Of a DNA stretch of 64,000 bases, positions 18,540 through 27,708 are shown piece by piece. Position 1 is the stretch's first letter; the number at the start of each line of letters is the position of its first letter. Made by a program: the position numbers and the translations under genes. A model generated the notes under the pieces. It saw nothing but the letters and a program-made list of their open reading frames with translations. It made no database searches and had not been told where the DNA came from. The DNA lies in NCBI GenBank assembly GCA_028697145.1, contig JAQVFR010000003.1:3988-67987 (forward strand), written 5' to 3'. Source of the stretch: Actinomycetota bacterium (GTDB taxonomy: Bacteria; Actinomycetota; Geothermincolia; Geothermincolales; RBG-13-55-18).

Positions 18540-20015
18540 CTATCTCACCCCTTTCTTGAAGGGACCGGGGATCTCCACCTGCAGCGACTGAGCTATCTCG
18601 GTGTTGTAGACCACCAGACGGTTCAGCTGGTTGGTGCCCTCGTAGATCTGGGTCAGCTTGGCGTCACGGTAGGCCTTCTCGACCCAGGGCCTCTGCGGTG
18701 AATCGTCCGCCCCCATGACCTCCAGCGCCCGCGAAGTCAGAGCCATGGCGTTGTCCGCGCACGTGAACTTGGCCAGGGACGCCTTGGCCAGCATGTCCGT
18801 AACGTCCTCGTCCTTTATGAAGTAGCGGAAGAGCGCGTTGACGAGAGCCTTGCCGTAATAGGAGTTGAGGAAAGCCGAGTAGGGCTTCGATGTGCGTATT
18901 GTCCGCGGAATGAGGAAGGTCGAGAGGAAGATGGGATGGGTGAAGGCGCCGCGGAAGACGGCGTCGCCGCCAAAGCTGTGATTCAGGAAGAGTCCGCGGT
19001 TCTCCTGTATGCTCCCCAGCATATCCGCCAGGGTCATCCTTATGCGGTCCTCGTCTATGGGACGCTTGCCGTTGCGTTTCTCCCTGGTCCAGGCCAGGAA
19101 ATGCTCGAAGGCGCCGCGCGCGATTCCGGTGGCGATGGCCCCCACCGGCCCCCGGGAGGCGGCCATGATGATGAGGATGCCGTTGGCCATGCCGTCCCCC
19201 TCGTAACCGAGCACGTGCGAGTCCGGCACGAAGACGTCCTCGAAGAGCAGTTCGGCCGCGTGGCAGGCCCTTTGCCCCATCTTGAGCTCCACCCTCGGCG
19301 TGGAAAATCCCTCCATATCCCTCTCCACCAGGAAGGTGGTCCAGGTCTGCAGGGGCCGGCTGCGGTCCGTGGCCGCGGTGACCGTGAAATACTTTGCCTC
19401 GCTGCCGCCGGAGATGAAGCACTTTCGGCCGTTGAGGAGGTAGCCTCCCTTGACCTTTTTCGCCTCCATGCCGATCTTGCCCACCTCGAGGAACTCAGGC
19501 TCCTCCACGTCCGTCCCTGCCGACGGCTCGGTGATGCCGTAGGCCATGACCACCGGGTTGCCCTTCTTTTCCTCCTCCACTATCTCATGCAGGACGGTGT
19601 CCCAGTGGGCCATGGCGCCCGAGGCGATGACCGGCGCCACTCCGAGGGAGTGCGCCGCGAGCGCAAGCCCGATGCCGCCGCATGCCGAGCTCAGTTCCTC
19701 GACCGCAAGGGCCATGCCGGTGATCATGTACTTCTCGGCCAAACCCCCCAGCACCTTGGGGATGGCAAGCGAGAAGATGTTGTATCTGCAGGCCTCCCTC
19801 ATCGTTTCCCAGTCGAAGTAATCCGGTTCCCGCTCCATGCGCTGGTCAAGCTGAAGAGCCCGTGGCAGCGCCACCTCCCGTTTGTACTCTGCGCAGCCCT
19901 CGACGATCCCGAGTATCTCGTCGATCCCCTTGCGGTCATGTTCGCGCAAGGCCGCCAGCGCCGGGAAATCGAGGAGAACCTTCTTCCCTCTCTCGCTCAC
20001 CCCTTTAGCGGTCAT
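18540..20015 (-). CDS. Acyl-CoA dehydrogenase family protein (491 aa)
   Basis: Carries AYGITEPSAGTD and a C-terminal YEGTNQLNRLVV ACAD signature. Confidence 0.8.
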   Translation of the reverse strand: MTAKGVSERGKKVLLDFPALAALREHDRKGIDEILGIVEGCAEYKREVALPRALQLDQRMEREPDYFDWETMREACRYNIFSLAIPKVLGGLAEKYMITGMALAVEELSSACGGIGLALAAHSLGVAPVIASGAMAHWDTVLHEIVEEEKKGNPVVMAYGITEPSAGTDVEEPEFLEVGKIGMEAKKVKGGYLLNGRKCFISGGSEAKYFTVTAATDRSRPLQTWTTFLVERDMEGFSTPRVELKMGQRACHAAELLFEDVFVPDSHVLGYEGDGMANGILIIMAASRGPVGAIATGIARGAFEHFLAWTREKRNGKRPIDEDRIRMTLADMLGSIQENRGLFLNHSFGGDAVFRGAFTHPIFLSTFLIPRTIRTSKPYSAFLNSYYGKALVNALFRYFIKDEDVTDMLAKASLAKFTCADNAMALTSRALEVMGADDSPQRPWVEKAYRDAKLTQIYEGTNQLNRLVVYNTEIAQSLQVEIPGPFKKGVR

Positions 20016-20299
20016 ACCTTCCCCCCTTCTCGCATCTCCACGACAGGCACAGCGCTGCGGGTACCCTGCGGATAAGCCAAGACGGCCGTCAAATCATTCC
20101 GGAACGACCTGATGTTTCCGTCACCAGGCGATCGCCGATTCCAAGGGGCTTTCCGCACCCGCACCTGAGACGAAGAAACAGCCTGATCGCACAGGATCAG
20201 GTATCGGGCTTGCGACCAGCCATATGCATGCAGCCAAGACAAAGGTATTGTAAACCATTAATCACTACTGAACAAAGCCATTCGGCTTGTATAGGAATA

Positions 20300-20325
20300 G
20301 AGGCAGGCCCGGTTTGGCCTGCCTC
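20300..20325 (-). terminator. Stem-loop downstream of the enolase-fusion gene (intrinsic-terminator-like)
   Basis: Perfect 10-bp stem gaggcaggcc/ggcctgcctc with a 6-nt loop. On the minus strand it is followed by a U-containing tract (UAUUCCUAUA). Confidence 0.4.
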
Positions 20326-20341
20326 GTACTGGAAGTCTTCC

Positions 20342-22834
20342 TTACTTGTTGAACGCGCCCTCCCCCACCTCGCCGGTGAAGATGGGCTCGTAGAATCGCC
20401 TGCGCGCTTCGGGGTAGTTCTCGAAACTCAGGCCGATGCGCTCGTTGAGGTCCATTCCGAGGTTGCGGTACACCAGCCACGGCGGCAATCCGTCCCTCAG
20501 GGCAACCGCCTTGATGAGAAGCTGCCCCAGGGTGAGGGTGACGTCCCCGCCGACCATGCGCTTGAAGGACGCTTCCTCCTCGTAGGCGTCCCACTCCGCC
20601 TCCGAGTACGCCGGGAGGATGCCCTTGTCCCTGGCCTTCTCTATGTCCATGGCCATGATCATGCGCTCGATCTCGAACGCGTTGCCGACGGCGCCCAGCG
20701 GCATTCCCACCAGACCCAGCTTCTCGACTATCTCGTTGACGACGGGGATACCCTCCTCGGGGCCCATGAGTATGGTCTCGTTCTCTCCGCGGGACAATCC
20801 CCCGGGGATGGGAGAGACTATCTCCATGCCGTTGGAGAGGCGCATGGAGGACATGAGCCCGTACTTGCCCGCCCCCAGGGTTGAGGGGAAGGCGGTGACG
20901 GAGCTGATGGTAACGTCCGGACCCACGCCGGAGGTGACGGCCGCCCCGCTGCGCCAGTCCTCGGCGGATTTCTGCATGTAGTAATAAAGGCCGGCGCGGT
21001 TGGAGAGGAACACGCCGCCCAGCTTGGCCAGGACGACCCTGCCCCGCGGCCGGTAGGAGGCAGCCAGCGTGGCCGTGACCTCTAGGGGGTCGGGCAGGGT
21101 ATCGGGCTGGGTGGAGCGGTGGGAGATGACGGTGTTGAAGCCGGCGGAGTGGAACACCTCCATGTACATCCAGGCCTGGGAAAAGGTGCCAACCTGGTTC
21201 AGCTTCACCAGGCCCGCGTTACACACGCCCTGCTTGAGGGCATCGTATGCAATGGTAGGGTTCGTCACCAGGCTGTCGTCGCCGATGATGACCATCTTGT
21301 CACCGAGCTCTTCCGTCAACCTCTGCCAGAACCTCCACTGGCTCTCGGGCGCCGCGAAGGGGTCCTCGGAGGCGAGCTGGTGCCCCCACTGGTAGAAGAG
21401 CTCTATGTAGCGGTCGCACAACTCATCCCCGCTCATCTTGCGCCCCTGCCAGGTATAGAGGTGCGTCTCGGGGTCGAACATGGTGTCCGAGTCCGCGGCG
21501 TTGTCTATGCCCAGGAACACGTTCTCGCCGTAGAGGTATCCGTGCTTCGCGCCCGCCTTGCCCACGGCCTCCATGAGCAGCTTGATGGCCGCCTCGTCCC
21601 CGCCGCCGTAGCCGTTGAAGGAGCATCCCCCCTCGTTCTCGCGGCCTCCCCCGGATACTCCCTCCCGGGAAAGTATCTCCGCCACGATCTGGTTCTGGAG
21701 GGCCGGCAGCACCCGCAGGGTACCGAAGAAACCCCGGCTGGCGACGTCGTCCGTCTCCTGCGGGAAGAGGATGATCCACTTCTCCTGGGCCACCAGGTCG
21801 GGAGAGGTGTTGCCCTTGTTGCCCTCGGCGTCCACGTACTCGGTGTGCTTGCCCGCCTGGATGGCATTGTGCGCCCCCTCGGGCAGGTAGACCGCTACGC
21901 CCTTGAAGCGGGGATCGTCTCCCCCGTATTCCGCCCAGTTACGCACCTCGCCGATGAGCCGCTCGTAATTGCTCTTCGCGCGGCTGTCGATCTCCTCGCG
22001 GCCGGCGTCCACTCTCATGGTGCCGGCGGCAGCCTGGGCGGCCAGCTCAGCCTCTATCTTCCTCTTCTCGCGGTAGCGGTACATGGCGTTGTTGTCCTGA
22101 TGCCTCCCCAGGAAAGCGATGGTGCCCAGGGCGAGGATGCGTGGGGTTATGTAAGCCATGACCTCATTTATCGGCGTTTCCGGCCAAGCTACGCGCCAGG
22201 CGATGGAGAACCCGAAGAGGGCAAGGCCGGAGAGGCCGGCGATGTAGGCCACCCAGAGGTCGAAGCGCGAGCCGGCGGCGGCCACGTTGAGGGCCGGGGT
22301 GCCGTTGAGGCGGTAGTTCAGGCCCTCCTTGATGATGGCCGGGTACTTGCCGGCGGGCCCGAGGAGGAACATCTTGGCCAGTTCGGTCCAGAAGCCGCCG
22401 CTGCCGGTCCTGAACTTGACCGAGCCGTCCTCCTGCCTCTCCACCAGCCTCGCCCCGATGGTCTCCTGTAGGCTGCGCTCGAGGTTGTACGTCTTCGCCG
22501 CCTCCAGGACATGCAGGGTGTGGTGTCCGCCGAGCATGAAGTACGCGAAGAGGATGCCGAGCGCTATGGATACGCTGAACTCGATGGCGAAGCCTCCTAT
22601 GGAGCCGGACATGGTCTCGGCTATGCTTGGGTAGAACAGGGAGACCAGGACCTGCACGTGCAGGGCCACGGCGAAATAGCCCCATTTCACGAACTCGGAG
22701 GTGGACCAGGCGCCCAGGAATATGCCCTCTCTCCAGCTCCTTGGCATGATCGCCGACATTATCCTGTCGAAGCGTGGGTTGTACGCAGCGCCAGTGCGCT
22801 GCGCCAAGGGTTTTCTTCCTGACTTGCTCACCAC
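20342..22834 (-). CDS. Membrane-anchored enolase-superfamily fusion: four N-terminal TM helices, a complete enolase domain and a 230-aa C-terminal domain of unknown function
   Basis: Residues 1-260 contain four hydrophobic helices. Residues 270-600 carry enolase motifs GREEIDSRAKSNYE (enolase N-terminus), GYGGGDE, IDNAADSDTMFD, LASEDPFA, IIGDDSLVTNP, KLNQVGTFSQ and ISHRSTQPDT. A GTG start at 22834 sits 11 nt after GAGGAGG. The reading frame is continuous. Confidence 0.8.
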   Translation of the reverse strand: MVSKSGRKPLAQRTGAAYNPRFDRIMSAIMPRSWREGIFLGAWSTSEFVKWGYFAVALHVQVLVSLFYPSIAETMSGSIGGFAIEFSVSIALGILFAYFMLGGHHTLHVLEAAKTYNLERSLQETIGARLVERQEDGSVKFRTGSGGFWTELAKMFLLGPAGKYPAIIKEGLNYRLNGTPALNVAAAGSRFDLWVAYIAGLSGLALFGFSIAWRVAWPETPINEVMAYITPRILALGTIAFLGRHQDNNAMYRYREKRKIEAELAAQAAAGTMRVDAGREEIDSRAKSNYERLIGEVRNWAEYGGDDPRFKGVAVYLPEGAHNAIQAGKHTEYVDAEGNKGNTSPDLVAQEKWIILFPQETDDVASRGFFGTLRVLPALQNQIVAEILSREGVSGGGRENEGGCSFNGYGGGDEAAIKLLMEAVGKAGAKHGYLYGENVFLGIDNAADSDTMFDPETHLYTWQGRKMSGDELCDRYIELFYQWGHQLASEDPFAAPESQWRFWQRLTEELGDKMVIIGDDSLVTNPTIAYDALKQGVCNAGLVKLNQVGTFSQAWMYMEVFHSAGFNTVISHRSTQPDTLPDPLEVTATLAASYRPRGRVVLAKLGGVFLSNRAGLYYYMQKSAEDWRSGAAVTSGVGPDVTISSVTAFPSTLGAGKYGLMSSMRLSNGMEIVSPIPGGLSRGENETILMGPEEGIPVVNEIVEKLGLVGMPLGAVGNAFEIERMIMAMDIEKARDKGILPAYSEAEWDAYEEEASFKRMVGGDVTLTLGQLLIKAVALRDGLPPWLVYRNLGMDLNERIGLSFENYPEARRRFYEPIFTGEVGEGAFNK

Positions 22835-23096
22835 TTTTTCGCCAACCTCCTCGTTCCGGGACCCGGCTCACCCGGGTCTCATTGCGTTGCGACCGGCATA
22901 CCAATCATCAAACCGGCCCTTTCCTTACACGGACGCCCTTTCCGCAGAAGCGCTGGGCTTTTCGGTGTTTCCTTCAACGGGATGATATTTTACCATCCCC
23001 TGCGCTCAAACTCACGATATACAATTGAGTGGTCTCTCCTCTTTTTCCTTCTCGGACCTGCCTACAAAAGAATTACAGCAACGATCGCGGCGGGGC

Positions 23097-25733
23097 CTAC
23101 AGCCTTATGCGCAGATCGGAGACGGGATAGCTCATGCAGGGATGGATGTATCCGAAATGCTCGTCCGCCCAGCGCCTGAGAACGCGCGCGGGCGCGAAGA
23201 ACTCGCCCGCCACCAGGCGGGTGCGGCAATAAGTGCACTCCCCTGAACGGCAGACGGCCTCGACGACCAGGCCCGCCCGCTCCATGGAGTTCATGAGGGG
23301 CTCGCCGGCCCTGGCCTTGAAGGTCATGCCCGAACGCTCCTCTACCACCTCGAACTCCGTCTCGGGCGCGACTCCAGGCCAGCCTTTCTCCATGGTCACA
23401 TCGTCCGGGGGGCCGTAGGCCTCTTTTTTCACGCGCGTTCCCGGCACCGACAACGCCGCCAGCGCGCCCTCGCAGAACGGGTACATCTCGGGCGGCCCGC
23501 AAATATAGAAGGTCCTGCCCTCCACGTTGCCCAGTGCGCTCGATATCATGTCCGCGTCGATGAATCCGCACAGTCCGCCCCAGTCGCTGTCCGGCTCGGA
23601 GATGATGAAGTCCACGTCGATGTTGTCGTTCTCCGATCCCAGTTGAGCCAGCTCCTTGCGGAAGATGATGTCCCCCGCCTCGCGGGACCCGTAGAGAAGG
23701 TGGATGCGCAGGGGACTCCCCTTCTCCACGACCTCGCGCATGATGGACATGAACGGGGTGATGCCGCTGCCGCCCGCGAGGAACACCAGGTCGGAGCCGT
23801 CCACGAGCGGTTCGTGGTAGAAGCTGCCCGCGGGCCCCGTGGACTCCAGCACGTCCCCTGCCCCCACCTCGTCCAGCAGGCAGGAGGAGACGAAACCCCC
23901 CGCCTTGCGCCTGACCGTGATGTCGTAATACGGCTTTCCGGGAGCGGAAGAGATGCTGTACGGCCGCGAGGTCTTCACTCCGCCCGCCTCGACGAAGAGG
24001 TTGACGTACTGCCCCGCGCGGAACGCGGGAAGAGTCCCCTCCACCGGCACCAGGCGCAGGGTCCTGGCGCTTTCCGTCTCCTCCAGGACCTCAGACACCC
24101 GGAGCGAGAGGCGGTGCGGGTGCAGGCCGGCCATGGACTTGTCGACCGCGTGGGCATCCATTTCTATCTCCGGCGCCTCGGCCGCCTGGTTCTCACAGAA
24201 GGTCTTGAGGCCGTCGATGGCGGCCGCCTCCATGCCTCCCTTCTCCATGTCCTCGAGGACGTCCTCCGCCGCCGTAACGCCGGAATTGATGCAGGGCTGA
24301 AAGCCCCCGCCCGTGCGCACCCAGGCGCCGGCGAGGTAGAGCCCCCGCACCGGGCCGCGGTTGGGGAGGCGCATCATCGTCCCCTCCGCCGGCGAGTTCT
24401 CATACCCGTAGACCGCCCCGTAGGCGTTACCCGTGTAGCGCATGTGGGTGAGGGGGGTTGCGACCTCCACCTCCTCGATATGCTCCTTGAGCCCGGGCGC
24501 CACCTTGTCCGCGAGGTCGATGAGCCTGCCGGCCAGGGTGTTCTTGGCCTCAACGTACCGCTCGGGGGAGAGGTCGAGCCACACGTCGCCGTAACCCATG
24601 GTGGTAAGGGATACGGCGCACGTACCCGGGGGAGAGAAGTCCGGGTCCACGATGTTATAGGGGGCTATGGCGCATCCCGTTGGCTCGAAGACGGCGCTGC
24701 GCCTGGCCACCTCGTAATGGTTCTCGAAATCGTAGTCCATGTTGAACATGGTCTCGTGGTTCTCCAGACCCAGTTCCGACACGGGGCAGTCCAGGCCGAG
24801 GAAGACGGAGAAGAGGGAGTTGCCGATAGTCCCCCAGCCCAGGCGCTTGAGGTACCAGGAAGGGATGTTCTCGCGCCCCACGAGGTCGATGCAGGTGGCG
24901 ATGGGGCTGGCGTTGCTCACTACGTAAGACGTGGATATCTCCGCGCCGTCCTCCGCGACCACGCCCCGCACCTCATTGCCCTCCAGCACTATGCGTGAGG
25001 CCCCGTTGTTGAGCCACACATCCCCGCCGTTCTCCATGATGGATTCCACGAAGGCCTGGGAGAGGGCCTGGCTCTTGCCCTTTATGTGCACCGGGCCGTA
25101 CTTGAGGTAGATGGCGTTGGCGATGGCGAAGAGGAGGAATGAGAGCTTGGAGGGCGGGAGGCCGTAATAGCCCCAGAGCTGCGCGATCACCGACCTTGCC
25201 TTTTCGTCCTTGACCTCCGCGTTCAGCACGTCCGCAAGGTTGGCGCCGGCATAGGTCATGAGGTTGGTGAAGGCCGAAGGGTCCTTGGCCATGGCGTCGG
25301 GGGTGAAATTTTCGACTTCCTCCATGATGGCGAACATGAGGGAGGTGAACTTCCTGATCCCCTCCTTCTCGACGGGGAAATGTTCGCACAGCACCTCGTC
25401 GTAGCCCGCGTGGTCGGCCGGCATCACGAGGTCGAGGTCCGGGTAGAGGCTGCGGTAGAAGTCCGGGATGTCCAGAAACTCCACCTTCTGTGCCACACCG
25501 CACTTCTCCAGCGTGCGGTACAGGGGCCCTCGCCGGTCGGCGTGGCCGAGTCCGGAGAGCTCGTGCAGGGAGATCTCGAACTCGAAGCGCCCGCGGCGAA
25601 AGGTGGAGGCGTATCCTCCCGGTACGCAATGTTTCTCCAGGAGCAGGACCTTCTTGCCGGCCACCGCCAGGTTCGCCGCCGCGGAGAGCCCGCCGAGCCC
25701 CGCCCCTACGACCACGGCATCGTAATCTCTCAT
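23097..25733 (-). CDS. Three-domain flavoprotein: CrtI/phytoene-desaturase-family FAD oxidoreductase, FNR-like FAD/NAD(P)-binding reductase and plant-type [2Fe-2S] ferredoxin
   Basis: N-terminal Rossmann motif DYDAVVVGAGLGG, then PGGYASTF..GRFEFEIS and a C-terminal LYLAGAWVRTGGG (CrtI family). The middle region has RPYSISS and LAGGSGITP (FNR-like). The C-terminus has CRSGECTYCRTRLVAGE...C. The ATG at 25733 follows GGAGAGGGAGG. Confidence 0.8.
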   Translation of the reverse strand: MRDYDAVVVGAGLGGLSAAANLAVAGKKVLLLEKHCVPGGYASTFRRGRFEFEISLHELSGLGHADRRGPLYRTLEKCGVAQKVEFLDIPDFYRSLYPDLDLVMPADHAGYDEVLCEHFPVEKEGIRKFTSLMFAIMEEVENFTPDAMAKDPSAFTNLMTYAGANLADVLNAEVKDEKARSVIAQLWGYYGLPPSKLSFLLFAIANAIYLKYGPVHIKGKSQALSQAFVESIMENGGDVWLNNGASRIVLEGNEVRGVVAEDGAEISTSYVVSNASPIATCIDLVGRENIPSWYLKRLGWGTIGNSLFSVFLGLDCPVSELGLENHETMFNMDYDFENHYEVARRSAVFEPTGCAIAPYNIVDPDFSPPGTCAVSLTTMGYGDVWLDLSPERYVEAKNTLAGRLIDLADKVAPGLKEHIEEVEVATPLTHMRYTGNAYGAVYGYENSPAEGTMMRLPNRGPVRGLYLAGAWVRTGGGFQPCINSGVTAAEDVLEDMEKGGMEAAAIDGLKTFCENQAAEAPEIEMDAHAVDKSMAGLHPHRLSLRVSEVLEETESARTLRLVPVEGTLPAFRAGQYVNLFVEAGGVKTSRPYSISSAPGKPYYDITVRRKAGGFVSSCLLDEVGAGDVLESTGPAGSFYHEPLVDGSDLVFLAGGSGITPFMSIMREVVEKGSPLRIHLLYGSREAGDIIFRKELAQLGSENDNIDVDFIISEPDSDWGGLCGFIDADMISSALGNVEGRTFYICGPPEMYPFCEGALAALSVPGTRVKKEAYGPPDDVTMEKGWPGVAPETEFEVVEERSGMTFKARAGEPLMNSMERAGLVVEAVCRSGECTYCRTRLVAGEFFAPARVLRRWADEHFGYIHPCMSYPVSDLRIRL

Positions 25734-26086
25734 GTCGCAACCTCCCTCTCCGTCACCCGATCCGCTGCCAGTAACAAGTCTAGATTGAGTATTACCCCCA
25801 AGTTTGACGGCGTAAACTCGCGCGCGCCCGGAAAATGACGGGGTGTGGGGGCCCGTCCCCTCATAAGGGTAGAATGGGCAACGAGCAGCGCTTGCGATGT
25901 GCAAAGGGGCTGGAATGTATGGACATCACAGTTAGACAAGAGGGAAGCGCGCATATCGCGTTGATAAGAAGCCGAAAGTATTGATCGCCGATGTGGACGA
26001 CGCATTGGACCCCGCGAACGGCTAAGAAGACCACGGGGCTAGACGGATCGCGGGTGCCTCATCCCGGGAAATACGGACCGGTGCGC

Positions 26087-26896
26087 TCAATCCTTGCCGA
26101 TGTCTTTCTTCTGGCTCTCGGGGGGGGCGGCCGCCAGCAGGCCGCCGGCGAGGTAGAGGCTCTCTATGAGCAGGACCTGGTTGCGGTCCTCCACGCGCAG
26201 GGTGTCGCGCAGGTTGCCGGAATTGAGGCCGATGTTAATGGCGTCCTTGGTCATGCGCAGCGCCAGGGGAGATTTCTCCGCCATCCTCCGGGCCATTTCC
26301 ATGGCCTTTTCCATCAGCTCCTCTCGGGGATAAACGTGGTTGGCGAGGCCGATGCGGTGGGCTTCCTCTATCTCGATGACCCGGCCCGTCAACAGCATCT
26401 CCGCCGCCATGCCCCATCCCACTATGCGCCATAGGAAGTAGCTGGAACCCATGTCCGCGCCACCCGTTCCGATATTGATATAGGAAGCGCAATACTTCGC
26501 CGCCGGGGAGGCCAGGCGCACGTCCGCGGCCATGGCGAAACTCAGGCCCGCGCCCATCGCCGCGCCGTTCACCGCCGCGATGATGGGCTGGGGGCAGGAA
26601 CGCATCATCTCGATGATATCCGAGAACAGCTTCTGGCCGCTCTGGATGGTCTCTCCGTTGATGACGTCCCCGGTCATGCTGGCCGCTTCCTTCAGGTCGA
26701 GCCCGGAGCAGAATCCCCGGTCCCCGGAGCCGGTCATGACGACCACCCTGCACTCGTACATGCTGAGCATCTCCTTCCAGAAGGAATTGAGCTCCGTGAG
26801 CATCACCGCATTTATCGCGTTGAGACGGTCGGGGCGGTTCAGGGTGAGCACGCCTATGCCGTCATCGAGTTCGAATCTGAGCGTCTCGTACTGCAT
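26087..26896 (-). CDS. Enoyl-CoA hydratase/isomerase (crotonase family)
   Basis: Crotonase fold motifs ...RFCSGLDLKE... and AAVNGAAMGAGLSFAMAADVRLA. Confidence 0.85.
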   Translation of the reverse strand: MQYETLRFELDDGIGVLTLNRPDRLNAINAVMLTELNSFWKEMLSMYECRVVVMTGSGDRGFCSGLDLKEAASMTGDVINGETIQSGQKLFSDIIEMMRSCPQPIIAAVNGAAMGAGLSFAMAADVRLASPAAKYCASYINIGTGGADMGSSYFLWRIVGWGMAAEMLLTGRVIEIEEAHRIGLANHVYPREELMEKAMEMARRMAEKSPLALRMTKDAINIGLNSGNLRDTLRVEDRNQVLLIESLYLAGGLLAAAPPESQKKDIGKD

Positions 26897-26951
26897 GTGA
26901 ACGACCTCCCTCTGCTGCGGATGGAAACGGGGAGCGCGAGGCTCCCAACCC

Positions 26952-27575
26952 TTATGGACCGATATCGATATCGCCGCTTACCTTGGCGATAGTGATCTTA
27001 ACCTGGTTCTCGTAGAGCTCTACGACGACCGTGACGACCGTCCCCTCCTGTTCCTGCAGCATCCACGTCGTCGCCTCCGCGGCGGACGCCATGGGCGCGC
27101 CGATCTTCGACTCGTACCAGGAAACCACCTTGGCGATGGCGTCAGTGGTGGTGAACTCGGCTCCCGCGACCGCCAGCTGCTGGTCTCCGGAGGTAGTGGT
27201 GCCGCTCACCCCGCTGCCCTCTATATACTTCGCACCCGGATATACTGGAGCGCCCAGCGCATCCTCACTTGGCGCCTGCTCCTGCACCTCGATGGTGGAC
27301 TGCTCTCCTCCCTCTTCCTCGAGGGTCACCTTGCCGCTCTCCCCCTCCTCCTGCGGTTCCTCGACGGTTATCTTCCGCCCGCCTTCGTCCGTCAACTCGG
27401 TCGATTCCCCGCCACTCTCCTTTTCGGTGGAGACCTCACCGCCGTTTTCGCTCGTGCCGTCTTCGGCCCGTTCGGCTGTGGCTCCGTCCTTATCGCCGCC
27501 ACACCCCGTCAGCAGGACAATGGATGCCGTGCAGGCGAGCATGAGCACCAGGGTAAGGCACAGGATCTTCTTCAA
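26952..27575 (-). CDS. Acidic low-complexity lipoprotein
   Basis: Signal peptide with the lipobox LLTGC; E/G/T-rich linker; conserved C-terminal 100 aa. Confidence 0.6.
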   Translation of the reverse strand: MKKILCLTLVLMLACTASIVLLTGCGGDKDGATAERAEDGTSENGGEVSTEKESGGESTELTDEGGRKITVEEPQEEGESGKVTLEEEGGEQSTIEVQEQAPSEDALGAPVYPGAKYIEGSGVSGTTTSGDQQLAVAGAEFTTTDAIAKVVSWYESKIGAPMASAAEATTWMLQEQEGTVVTVVVELYENQVKITIAKVSGDIDIGP

Positions 27576-27708
27576 CTTCCGCTCCTTTCAGCCGTCCCTC
27601 CACGCGCACCCCAGACGAAAGGCCTGCGGTATACGGTATTTAGAGTATAAACCATGCCCCGGGGTTCAAACCATTTGAAGGGGCGCTCCGGGTCCGGGGT
27701 ATGTCGAA

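Noticed and set aside
21119-22471. 450-aa plus-strand ORF antisense to the enolase-fusion gene
   Set aside because: Shadow ORF. The enolase motifs are unambiguous on the minus strand.
23643-24998. 451-aa plus-strand ORF and a 255-aa minus-strand alternative frame (24973..25740) within the CrtI-fusion locus
   Set aside because: Low-complexity translations. The minus-strand 23097..25733 frame carries Rossmann, FNR and ferredoxin motifs.
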